A stretch of DNA of 63,944 bases, counting the filler, from Hyphochytrium catenoides (Eukaryota; Protista; Hyphochytriomycota): NCBI GenBank assembly GCA_900088475.1. It is 8 parts of 8 records of this genome, joined end to end, with 100 filler letters (N's around TTAATTAATTAA, not from the genome) between each part and the next. Parts side by side here need not be neighbours in the genome. Positions count along the whole stretch, not along the records: positions 1 to 26,126 come from FLMG01002437.1; 7 more parts are not named here. One strand, 5' to 3'. The stretch's first letter is position 1. The number at the start of each line of letters is the position of its first letter. The notes below the pieces were generated by a model, which was given only the letters and a program-made list of their open reading frames with translations, was not told the DNA's origin and did no database searches. The position numbers and the translations under genes were made by a program. Shown here piece after piece: positions 1 through 12,188 of this stretch.

Positions 1-3000
1 TCTACGGCGTCTGTTGCATAATCCGGAATGTGATACCGCCATGATGGTGGGTGGACAAGACCGGGAAGAGAGTTATTATTATTGAAGGAGATAATAGTTT
101 TTCAGGCGCCCCAACATCACCACCAGCAGCAACATCATTGAGCAAAGGATCCAGGCTGGTGTTATTGTTAGCGGTGGAAGTCAACGTAGTCTTAGTAGTA
201 TAATGATGATAGAGCAGGCTCGCTCCCCCACCACTTCCAGCAGTGCGATAATAGCAAGGGGAAAGCAAGAGAGAAGAGAGGTTAACAAGTTTATAAACGC
301 TGTTTGAGATGATAACCAAGCCCTACAGTGAAGAGAGATAGGTAATGAGGCAGAGTCGATGAGAAAAAGGCATCATCGGACAGCAGAAGAGGGAGCGAGG
401 TGGGCTGCCTATGTTATTGTTGGTGGTAGCTCCCTTAATCACTTCCAGGCAGGTGGAGAACAAAATGCAGCGGTGACTGCTGACACCTCAGCCCGGCGGT
501 CGACTGGAAAAAGAAGACGTGAACGAATGCGAGCGAGAAGGCTACTTGCCTGCTGATGCCGTTTGTTGTTACTCCGCCTGCTTCCGGTTGGGGGAACAAG
601 CCTGTTGGCAGCTGTTATTGTGGATGATGTCAGCCAGGAGGAGAGCTGATCGACAGAGAGCTCGGAAAAACATCGCGGGCTCAAGGAGGAGAAAAGGGAG
701 ACAGCAGGAACAGAAGCAGCGGGTGGACAAGGAAGAACGGAAGACAGGATAATTATCTCCTGCACGTGAATTATGTCCCACGAAGCCTCCCTCCATCCTT
801 TGGTCGTGATATGATGAAAAGGTCAAATGTCTAGTAGACCTTTCCAAAGCGGCGCAGGCTCTTGCACGCGTTCATACTGCTGCGCTGCTGAATGACGACG
901 AAGAAGGAAGGATGATCATCAGTGCCATAATAAATGGTCGTCTGCTTTGCTGCTTACTAACCAGAGTTCTTTTTTTTTGCCAAAATATATTAGAAGTTAC
1001 GCCCGCCGCCCACTGTACCTCGATGGTAGTGCGCTTCTACCTTTTGCCTCTAGAACTAACGAGAGTTATCATCACATGTGTCCGCGCCGCTCTTATATAT
1101 ATTTATGTCATCAAAGACGAAGGAATGCTTTGCGGCTAGTGAGCTGCTCAGTCTGCATCCCGTCCTAAGTGACGACGAGGGCCATAAAAGCAAAGACAAA
1201 GAAGGAGGAAAATGAGGAAGAGCGAGGGAATGTGACGAACTTCTTTCTTTCTTCGAAGCGGAGCCACCTGAAGTGTTTGGATAACCAGCTGATGATTGAA
1301 GAAGGAGAAGGAGAGAGCAGCGCTAGAGCCCTGCTAAGCCCTGACGACGGAGCAACAAATAATATTACGACGAAAGGAAAGAAGGAGGATCGACGGCGAG
1401 TTGATGGGTCCGCACGGCACCTACCTAGTCATCCGTGGTCGTCGTGGTCGAAGAAGGGTGAGCTCAAAGTTAATAAAAAGAAGAACAGTACAATGAGAAA
1501 CTGCAGCAGCAGTTTATGAGGGAATGATGATGTGTACTGGTACGGTCTCTTCTTCGCTAGTTCCTTTTGCCCCGCTTCCTTCGTCGCTTTTCTCCTCTCT
1601 ACTACGGAGGAAGCCATCACTTGTTCACTTTATCGGCAATCCAACGTTGCGAACTGGGCTTATTATGGGACAGTGCTAATGCCGAGCACATGGATAGATG
1701 ATCAGAGCTTTATTTTTTGAATTTTTTGAAAAGTAACTTCAAGCATCAGCAGAAGATGCAAGCAAGGATGCAAGCAAGGAAATTCAAAGATGAGGTCAAT
1801 GCCACCATGCAACAAGCGTTCTTTAAGATAAGCAGCAGGGGCCGCTCGCCAGCCGCCACCAGACTTCTCACATCGTCGTGATGAGCAGAGGGAATGCAAC
1901 ATCATCAAGGAGAACAGCGTCACAGGAGAAAAACATCTAGGAAATGTCATGCCGACAACAGCATCTATTTTTCCTCTGTTCCAGCTGTTATGCGTTAGAC
2001 GACGGGAGGCTGAGTACTTAGAGCTTTGCCTTCAGCACCGCCAAACAGCATGTCTATCATCAGTCGCTGTCAGTTACGCCATCCGTCGGCCATCGCTCTC
2101 ATCTCTTCTCATTTCTTGGTAGTCTGCTATGCAAACATTTTGATCGGCGGGCTTTCTTCTGTCTCTAAAATTAAAAAAAGCAGCAAGTAGGGTGACCGCA
2201 TGGGTCGTCGATCAGCTGCCGCTGGTCTCCCTTGCTGTCATAAGAAGACGCCGGCCCCCGATTAGTTATTCGGAAGCTTCTTTGTCCAGCAGCGCCTCGG
2301 CGAAAAAAGACAAAAAAAAACAAGAATGTCTAATTAGCGATGAAGACATTTAGTTCAGCACCTTCGTTCTTCTTTGCGTCTTTGAATTTGCAGGTCATTC
2401 TCTGATGTTCCCATTGTCGCATTATTTGGTCTCCATTGAAGGATGATAACCAGAAGTCCCAAGAAAAGGTGAAGGGCAAGGACGAGGAGACGAGGACAGC
2501 GAAAGAATAGAGCATCATTTTGTTGAATAATTCTTCAGCATCTGCCTGCAGTTGGGCTACCAGGGTGAGCCTGCTGGGACACATGCGATGGCAGAACAAA
2601 TAATCTTATCGATGAGACGCCAGACAACCGATGAAACGGATCGACCTACAATGCAATGAGCGAGCCAGCCTGGCAGCAGCTACACCATCAAGCTTGTGTC
2701 CTATATTTTTTTTCTAGGTGATAGTATTGCGTCAAAGCGGCCCAGCAAGATTGAGGAGCGGCAGCTAGCTGAAGAAAAAGCAGCAGCATATTATTGACCA
2801 GCTATGACATTTTTTTCTCTTTGGAAGCAGCTAGCTGCTTCGTTCCTGCGTTTTCCCTAAATAATATACCTCAGGAGACTGAGTGCTGCTGCAGCAGCAG
2901 AACATAGCATCTTTCTTGTATAGACCTACTATAGACTCAACACTCCTCCACTGTTGAAGTTGCTGCTTTGACCAATAATTGTGGCGACCCTGAGAGCTTT

Positions 3001-6000
3001 TTTCTGAACCTATAGATCATCTTTGCCGTGGCCTTTCCTCCTTCTTCGTCGTTAAGAGAACGTTGATGATTGCTCTCACTAAAAGAAGAAGTGGGTGGAA
3101 GTGCTCATGCATGGTGGTGATCATGTCAATAATATACGAGGAAAAAGAGTTGCCATAGTTCTACTAACGTCAAACCAAGGGTCGCCGACTGCGCCAGGAC
3201 TTCTCCTCCACAATGCCAGGGATACATTCTAAGGTAATAAGAATTCGTCCCCGCGTAAAGCGCATAAGCACCTTCCTGCCATGGCCGGTGAACTTCAGGT
3301 CTCTTTCTGACGCCAACGAATAATTATAGTCGGAACACTGAATTTCAGGCACTTCTTAGGCTGCTGCAAGACGAGAGAAGAGAACTAACCACAAAGATAA
3401 TTAGAACCTTATCCTGGGTTCGAGGCGCAGCCTGAACTTCAAGCACGTGAGTGACAAGCCCCGTCAACTACCCTTATTGAAGAAGGAACCCTTTGAACCG
3501 ACACCAAGTTGACCCTCTGGAGCGTCTCATCGTCTGTCTCAGCCCAGCAGACCTAAGGATCGCCTGTCTCGCCGGACGCATGCTTTTGTTATCTACCTCT
3601 TTCTATGTGTTCAGTGATCTTCGTTCTAATATAAACCAACAAGCATTCGCTGTGCGTCCTCCTCTTCTTTAGACACCACTGGTATACCGTTCATCACCAG
3701 GTGAGCCCGTAGTAGCCAACACTGACCAACAAGACGACCGGCACTGTGGCATGACAGAAGGCCGCCGCGTGCTGTGGTGCTTGTCCCTCTTACTAAATCA
3801 ATTGGACGGATCTATCGCTAGAGAGCGACTGCTGCTGTCATCACATCATCATCATACACAGCTCTGAGCTCTTAAACTACTCTTGGCTGCTGGCGGCGTC
3901 GTCGTCTGAAATCCTGCTGACCGCTAAGAAACGTTAAAGATCAAGAGAGGATCGTGACAGATCGATAAACTCTCAGTCACCAACATTCATCATCGTCACA
4001 CACGAGGAGCTGGCTAATGACGATCAGCCCTAACCATTAGCAGTAGTAGCAGCAGCAGTCTGACCTCTTGGGTCGTTCAAATATTATTGTTAGAGGGTGG
4101 ATATGTATCCGATGAGCGTTGTCATGGCCCGCCGCTTCTTCCCTCCACCATCATCATCCATTTGAGCCCTACTCTTGGCCTGGTGGCTCCTGCTGCTAGT
4201 AGTGGCGGTTGTTGGTACATCGTTGGCAGCAGTTCGGTAGCGATCGTAGCAGGAGGAAAATAAAAAAAGAACGCTGCAGAAGGCAGGACAGAGAGAAACA
4301 CGGCCAGCCGCGACGGTTGACCAATCCATCTCTTATATAGATGGCTGCTTATCGCCCGAGGCTGGTGGTTATACTCTCGCCGCCTGCAGTACTCATCATC
4401 ATCTAGCAATTCTTCGCTTTCCTTCCTCGTTATTAGCATACCACGTTAACACTTTAATAACATGGCGTTTCCTCTTCTTGCAAGCGTGGTATAGTATTGA
4501 CTTCTTCTGGCATTACCTCTCCCTCATTCACGACTGTCGCGGTCCGTCCTGGGCCGCCTTGAAGCTCAATCAGATGCCTTCTCTCGCTTTTCCTCGGACC
4601 AGGTAGCATGCGGTGGTGCGGTGGCTCCCACTTCCTGACAGAGGGGGGGCCGCACTTCTCGTTGTTCCCTTTATGGTTGCCCCAGTGGTGGATGGCAATC
4701 AGCTAATGCATGCTAAGCTGCAACATCTCTATCATGACGGTGAACCTGGAAGGAAGTATCAGCACTGCTTCGTCACCCATCATCATCCTTTCTTGCGAGA
4801 TCTTCTTCTCACCAAGGTGTCGTGGGGCATCCAAATGAAAGCGACTGTCTCCCGCTTCTCCCGTCTTACTTCTCTGTCGTTTTTGCTCCGTACTCTGGGC
4901 CTCCTCTCTTCTCCTTCCAACTCGCTCAATCACTTCAGGTTCTTCTTTTTCTATCACATCAGGACGTCGTGATCACTCTTTATCATGATGATAATAACAC
5001 TGCTCCACCCTTCCTGCGCGGCTGCTCACTCTATTATACACATAGGTACAGCAGTGCCATCATCGTTGTTCTTCTTGTTGCTTCATCTTCTTCGATTGCC
5101 AGCCACCCGAACCAGGGTCCGTCATGTGTAACAGCAACCTTCTCCTGCTGGCCGGCCGGCCGTCTCGAGGAGTTGCCAGACAGTAGTAAGTTAGGTTGCC
5201 TAAAACCCCACCACCACACCCTAAAGCACATCATCAGCCACCCTCGCTTCCTGCCGGTGATTGTCCACTTCTAATCGTTTCTTATCCTTCCTGCTGCTCA
5301 CCATTTCCTGTCCATCCCATCATACAACCTACGCCGCCATGGCCTGCTGCTCTTGCCGGCCCAACCACACCCGGCGGCCCAAGGCTGCTTCTATTGTTAT
5401 AATGGAGCTCTGGACGGAGGTCATCGTCGTCATCGTGAACTCTGCCCCCAAAAAAAGTGACTCTCTCTGCTGTCCTCTAATGTTAGTTAGCAATAATGAG
5501 GCTTCAGAAGACCAAGTCCTCGAAGAAGATCTGCTGCTGCTTAAAAATGACTCCTGAAGACTGAAGATGAGAAGGATTGATCTGAGCAGAGAATCAGATT
5601 CGATTTTATCTTTTCCCCAGAGAGCAGGGACGAAGCTCTTCGTTTACTCTTTGAACAGTGTTTTCGAGCAGCAGCGGAGTCATCCGATCATCAAGAGGGA
5701 AGCCCAATACTTACTTACGCCCTAATAATATTGATAATGCAGCTTGCCGCCGATAATAATAATGAAGATTTATCAGTTATAAAATCTCTATCTGCACGCT
5801 ATTATTGATAATGGAGATTGAAGAAGAAGAAGAGCCGATGCCAACTCTTCTGGCCCCTTCTTCTTCTTCCTTCTTCTGCTCCTACGATGCCAGAGCCGCA
5901 GCAGCCTTCCTTCAGCTCCCTGATGAGATTATAATAGTAGTCCCAGCTCTGTCTAGCAAAGTTCTTCCTGGAAATGATGGTAGCAAACAGAGGTAGGCGT

Positions 6001-6656
6001 TACCTGCTATTAGTGCCCGGCTGATGAGAAAGTTGTTCTTGCTGATCTTCATCCTTGAGATGGGGACACAGGGTTGACAGCGTGTTAGCCCGGCAGCACT
6101 ACTACGGGGCGCAGGCAGACGCTGCGACAAGACACGTAGACGGATCCCCACGTCAGGCCCAGGACGCTTCATCAGCAGCGAGTCAAGGAGCAGCAGCAGT
6201 AGATGAAGAAGAAACTACTGGCCATTAGTCCTAGCTGTCTATCGCTTGTACCTACTCCTTACTAGGCCTCTTCTTCTCATAAGACCTCCTACAGCTGCTC
6301 TTCGAGCGTTTGGCGGGCAGCAGCTCTGCCAGTGGCCTGGACCACTACTTCCTTCAAGCTCTAGCAACGGAGTGGATGATGTCAAAGGGCTAGACCTGGT
6401 TTTAAACGGATCTTTGTTGTCGCGCGGCATCGATCTGCTGGCGGCACCGACCAGTGGTACGAGCAGCAGAAGAGCTGTGGCATCATTAGAAAGAGCTGTA
6501 AATCGTCCAACATAACTCTGCTTGTTCAGCTTCACCGCTACTCGGAGGCTTATACCAAGGGACTCAGACACGTACCGACAGCCTCACTAAATAGGTAGAA
6601 GAGCGCTTTGGAACCGAGAAGCTCCTGGAACCTAAGGCAAGAGAGCGAACCAGAGG

Positions 6657-7499
6657 ATGGAAGCGTTAGTGGCTGCTATTTGGCCCTTTATTCCGCCTCC
6701 TTTGCGTGTGACGCGACAAACGCTCAATGAGCTGCCTTCCTTCGAAAACCTCAAGAAGTATTCGCGTCAATCGGCGCAGCTCATTCGTGCTCAGGTCTCC
6801 ACAAAGGTACGCATCAACAATGAGGAGAGCACTTCGTTGCAACCAAGCCATAGAAGCAGTGCAGTACGCCTCGTAAGTGTGCTAATACCTCCTCGACATC
6901 ATGATCCTTTCCCCAGCAGGCCGTGCTACGACTTGCTGTGTGGACCGGACTGGCATGGTTGGCACTCAGAATAGGCTTTGGGCTGGTCTTCTTGATATTA
7001 AGCATGATTATCATGGTAGGCCTTAAGCCTCTTCCTCTCGGCTGCTTAGTCGTTCGGTCCATCGGGCTCAAGGCTGTGTGTCACATAGATCTTTCGCAAT
7101 CTCGGCGATGATAGTGGTCGGACAGGAGACACTCCGAGTGCTTATTCAATCTTCAATAGAGGCGTCAAGGCTATCCTGGGCTCACTGAGCGCAGAGCAGT
7201 TTGAGGTGAGTTCCGTCTGTCCTCCCTCGGAGAGGGTTATGACTCTAACAGCTTCATCCCCCAACGGGATATCTACTCTCCATCAGAATGAGATTAGGCA
7301 CAGGCCCCAGGAGCTGGCTGAGGGCGCGGAGAATGAGGAAGAGAGAGACGTCCTAGGTCGAGACCATGTGGAGGGGGACTTCTTAAGGGGAAATGGAGAA
7401 GGCTTGGGACCAAAAGTCCGACGATCGAAACTTGCAAACCAGATCTGCCCTTGCAACTCAGGCAAAAAGTTCAAGAAGTGCTGCGGTCGTGGATTATAA
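6657..7499 (+). CDS. SAYSD1: SAYSvFN-domain membrane protein (SAYSD1-like) with C-terminal SEC-C zinc-binding motif; 4 exons (6657-6806, ~6920-7015, 7089-7205, 7287-7499)
   Basis: Manual splicing at GT-AG sites gives the hydrophobic segment AVLRLAVWTGLAWLALRIGFGLVFLILSMIIM, then IFRNLG...TPSAYSIFNRGVKAILGSLSAEQFE|NEIRH (SAYSvFN signature). The protein ends ANQICPCNSGKKFKKCCGRGL* (SEC-C consensus CPCxSGKKxKxCC). The SAYS exon is missing from the ORF track. Confidence 0.9.
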
Positions 7500-7660
7500 A
7501 TAGATGAATCGCCTTAGGATTTCGACTCGTTCTGATGATAGCCTGGCCTGCAGCTCACACACTAGCGGCTATGACCAAGCAAGCACCCTGCAGCATTTTG
7601 GCTTCTTTCCCCTTTCTCTACCTAGTTCAGCCCTCGTTGAACAGCCCTCGGCTCAGCAAC

Positions 7661-10600
7661 TCAATCTATGTGCTTGTCAAGGTATTCGACGAAGCGCTGG
7701 GCATACCACTTTGGCTCTACGGCTGATAGCTGCTTTCTATCGAAGCGGAAACCTTTGATGAAGGTCTCTGCCATCTTCCGGGAGTTGTACTGCTGCAGGA
7801 TGTCAATGATTCCTGTTGGAAAGGGAGAATCTTAGAGGATAAAGATATCTGCCAAAAATCCTCTGTCCGAGGTAGATTATCAGCTTACCCATAAAGTAGA
7901 TCTTATTTCCCGGGCGCCCGTCGATAGCTCGGCTTCTCAAACCTCCATCATCTTGCACAAAGACGCTCTCTACTGGTGCCGGACCGGCTTGCAAGAGGCG
8001 AGGTGACCTGAAGAAGCAGTTAATGTCAGGATATAACAAGAGAAAGAACGCGCTATCGAGCAGGATTAGAAGATTATGCTGCCCCAAAAGATAAAAGATC
8101 CGTGTAGCTATTTGCCTCTCAAACGTCTATCATGAAGTCCGAAGAAAGAAGGCGATAGAACAAACAGCGAGAAGGAGTGTCATACAAAGGGTCCATTGTT
8201 AGTGTCTCCTCGTCAAACTCGTCCCCTTCACTATCTTCTTCATCAAGGCTGGATTCTTCATCACTTGTGTGGCCAAACCGCGGAGACGAGACATCAGACA
8301 GAGGCGACAGCACCGGAGAAGAGAGCTCGCCGTTCGACTAGAGCACCGAGAGAGACGTCAGTCGATCTGCACCAAATGTTCCTCTCCCTCAGGCTTGGTG
8401 TTACCTCGCCCCGCATTATATCCTTCGTCTTGCCTTCTCCAGAACAGGGCTGGTCTTTCCCTTCCGGCTTGACTGCGCCGGGTACAATATGCCGCCCACT
8501 GCTGTCTAAGACGTTATGTGGCGGCAAGCCATCGCCGCTCCACACCTGCAAGCGGTCAAAGTACGTAAGATCTTTGCGTCCTGTGGGCTGAGGGAGGAAC
8601 AGTTTGGAGCTAGGCGGAGGGTGGCGCTCACCTGACTATTCCTGTCTGCAGTCAACCAATTCGTAGACGGTTTAGGCAGTGTCTTCGTCGGATCATCCAC
8701 CTTTCCAGCTGAGTTTGCCCGTAAGCGCTCTGCTCAAGGCTCCCAAGAGTCAGTAGCACTTACTAGAAAGCTGCAGAGTGACGTGCCTGCTTACCCATCT
8801 CTTTCTCTTTCCTAAACTCTTCGCTGAGCGTCACGCTTCTCTTTCGCACTCCTCGTAGGTCCTTCTTGGCGATGTCGTGAATGCCAATGAGTAGGCTATA
8901 GTCCATGATTTGCAGCTGCTGGAGAAAGTCTACATCCTACCATTGCCGTGAGCCGCAGGGAGCGAAACGATAGACAGAGAAGTGCATTACTTTTCATGCT
9001 CAACAGGGATGGTGGAGCAAGAAAGAGGTCAATACCTTCTTCACTTGGTTCAAGAAGGCTTGCTTCATCTCCGTTCCTAGCGCTATCCTCACCCCATCCT
9101 TATCCATATCATTATCCTTAAGGACACCATTCTCTAGGCGGTCCTTCTCAGAGGCACTGCGGCCAATGGTTGAGCCCTGAGAAGCAGGTAACCTCTATCA
9201 GAAAGCTGGAAAATTGGCAGGACTCGAGGTTTAGCGCCAACGGTAATCGCCATAGTAAAGGGACAACCCAAACTTAACGGGTCACGAAGCTATAGGTGTT
9301 GAAGCTGACGGTCTAAAGGCAAGAAGTAACTTGGCATCTCCAGGGAGAAGGAGTAGTGAAGGGGAGAAGATAGACTAGAAGACAAGTCCAGGAACCTTAA
9401 GGTCAAATCGAGAGTGGATCTCTCGCGGCGTATAGAAGACGCTTCCCATTATCACGAAGCGCATCTTGCTGCGTAGATGGTGCATCTTCACGCGGTGCAT
9501 GCCGTAGAATCGCGTGATCAAAGTGTTTGGGTTGTCCATGACGTACTACGTAGACCAAAGCATGCGTATGGGGCCATAGTGAGATTACGAGGCGCTCGCA
9601 AGGACAGCAGACCCATTTGCCCTTCTCACCTTGTAATAGTGCGGTAGGATGCGCCGTAGGAACTTCGACTCGGCTTTAGTCTGGGTTTTGATCATATACT
9701 TGCCTAATGACGACCCATAAGACCAATAGGCACGTAGAGAAGAGAGAGAAAGATAGTCAGAGATTCGGAGAGGGCCCGCTTGAAAGGTGTGGAAGGGTTA
9801 ACTCTACCGTCATGAGAGTAGAAGAAGAATTGTCCTGACTTGGAGTTAGAGATGAACTCTATGTAATTGAAGTCTCCACACAAAGACACCATGTATTCCG
9901 CCTGCATCAACGAGAGAGAAGAATCAGTTGATAGAAAACTGAGGCAGGAGTGACTGAACAAGAGACAGATAAAGAAACAAAACAAAGCAAGAATGGAGAG
10001 AGATAGAGACAGAGAGAAAACCAAAGAGAGAGAGAGAAGCCACCAGGGCCACAGTCGGGGAAGAATAAGCACAGAGACATTCCATAAGCGACTGTGGCGT
10101 GGAAACTGAGACAAGCTCGCTGTCTGGAGCAGAGTAAGGTGCTTACCCCGTCGATGTTGAACCGATTCCGTATCTGTCGAAAGATGTCAGGGGCGTAGTC
10201 CTTGAACTTGAAAGGATGCTGAAGCTTGTGCGGCGGAGTGATATAGTTGCGGGAGATGGAGCCAGAGGGAGGGAAGACCATCTTGTTAACTTTCATGAAG
10301 TCATCCATAGTCAGAGGTCGCTCGTAGGGGCTCTGCAGTCCAACCTGAAGAGTGGAGGCCCAGGCATTAAGTTATACGGCTGTAAGACTGCCACTTGCGA
10401 TAATAGCGCTTAGGGGATCGACAAGCTACGCCATGCGGATCAACAGGCAACAGGGCGACGTTTTCCAAGTGAGAGAAGCAAGGAGAAAGAGGCGGAAGAA
10501 CTCATGAAAAGCAGCACATTAAGGTAAGGAGACAATGGCGGCGTGTGACTTTGAGAGATCGTTCGCTACTGAGACGGCACGAGTTGCGGAGAAGTTTTCC

Positions 10601-11594
10601 TCGCGGTCACCTACCGACACTCTAATTCCCATCATCATCCCGTAAGTCAGAGCATATTGCTCATGAACCTCCGTGATCACTTTTCCCTTAGGTTGAGCGT
10701 ACTTCTTCTTCCGATACTTTGTCCTCCCGATCTTCTTGCTCACTCTTACGCTGATGTCTCCCACACCCTTGGACACCTTAGTGCTCGCCGCTATGGGTGA
10801 TTAAGGAGAGAGGGAAAGTGCGAGTGAGCAGGTTCGGAGAAAGAGCAGGAGGTATAAGGAGGCGGGAAATGAGAGAGGACATAGTGTACCACGGCGCTAG
10901 GGATATGGCAGGCGCTCGAAGGACGTCCTTACCTTCTTGCAGGTAAGTCTCAGCTGGAGAGCCAGGATCTGGAGTAGGGGGAGTCATGGAGTCCAGACTC
11001 TCCATCGCCAGAGTATCACCCTGATCCTTACGCACCGGAGATGTCCGTTTCAGGCTGCCGGTGGTAGAGGTGCCTCTTTGTAAAGAGGTCACTAGAGACT
11101 CAGACCTTTTGCCTCTCGGAGAAGCGCTGTGGGGAGCAGGGAAAGCAAACAAACGTGAGAGGGTTTCCAGGACGTGTGGCCAACGCGAAAGAAGTAGACG
11201 ATTGGGAAGCCTAGGGCCCACATACTCACCGTGGTTCAGGGTGTGGCTTGACCTTCTCTTCTCCTTCAGTGCTGGATGTAGATGAGTGAAGGATAGCCGT
11301 TGGGGAGCTTTGACGGCGTTTTAGAGGTGATATCTCCCTTGTGGGGGCGACCGGAGGAAGAGGGCAAGATTCAGAGGCTTTGGGCGGGTGTGGCGTCTCG
11401 CAGGATTGGGCGCCTGCCCTCTCCTCAGATGGGAGGCCGTTAACAACCTCCGGATTCCTTCGTTCCTCGTTGCCCCCACCATGCTGCGTGTCCACTACGG
11501 GCCCTTTGATGACTGGAGCCGATGGCGTATCCTGACCAGCAGGAGCTCCAGCTACTGCTGATACGGGACTTGTGCTCCCGCCGTTATCATTCAT
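7661..11594 (-). CDS. Phosphatidylinositol-4-phosphate 5-kinase family protein, multi-exon; 5' exons approximate
   Basis: Ordered exons encode FKFKDYAPDIFRQIR, EFISNSKSGQFFFYSHDG|KYMIKT, NPNTLITRFYGMHRVK, FDLK|GS, LKDND, IMDYSLLIGIH and IYFMGIIDILQQYN...SAVEPKWYAQRF...* (stop at 7661-7663). The start at MNDNGG (11594) is the most plausible ATG, not proven. Confidence 0.93.
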
Positions 11595-12188
11595 CTCGCA
11601 CTAAGGAAACCCCGAAAAGATATGAGGCAGAGATTCTGTTGGGATATGCAGCCGATACGTTGTCTCCTCCAAGATCTGAGCGCTGCAAATTTCTCACCTT
11701 CCTCTGCCTGACCTCCTAACGCCCCTCTTTCTCTCTCTCTGTGTGTGTCTCTTCACTCTCTTTTCATCTAGCCCAGTGGCTCATCTCCTGCCTCCATCTT
11801 CTCGATCGCGTCTGCAGTTGGTGTCGCGCCCGCCGCCGCAGCCGCGCGGCCTGGGAGGCTCGGACCTGGAGGAGCTCGACTCACATCGGGGGGCGTTACA
11901 AACTTACCCACAAGACCTGGGTCTCCATTGCGGGTAGCGGCTTCTAAACCTCTCTATTACCCTTATCATCATACAAACTCCTGTTTACTTATCGTCTAAT
12001 TTAGGATTTCGCAACTCTAAAACCGGTTTAGACGCCAGATGGGCGTGAATATATAGAACTACCAAAAGACTTCAGGGACTATTTCTCACAGGGCTCTAAA
12101 AGAATTTTACTACAGGACCTATCTGGATATAATTTGGGTGTGAATGCACTTAATGGGTTTCTACTTTTCTGTCTCTTTAGAAATTTGG

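Noticed and set aside
3170-3757. Possible solo LTR (AATATAAA signal, ends ...CATGACA; GGTTCGA at ~3417)
   Set aside because: No second copy, PBS, PPT, target-site duplication or coding remnant; no tRNA cloverleaf around GGTTCGA.
1-6600. Many 60-150-aa ORFs in the first 6.6 kb
   Set aside because: No recognisable domain and no consistent exon chain or strand; triplet-rich low-complexity intergenic character.
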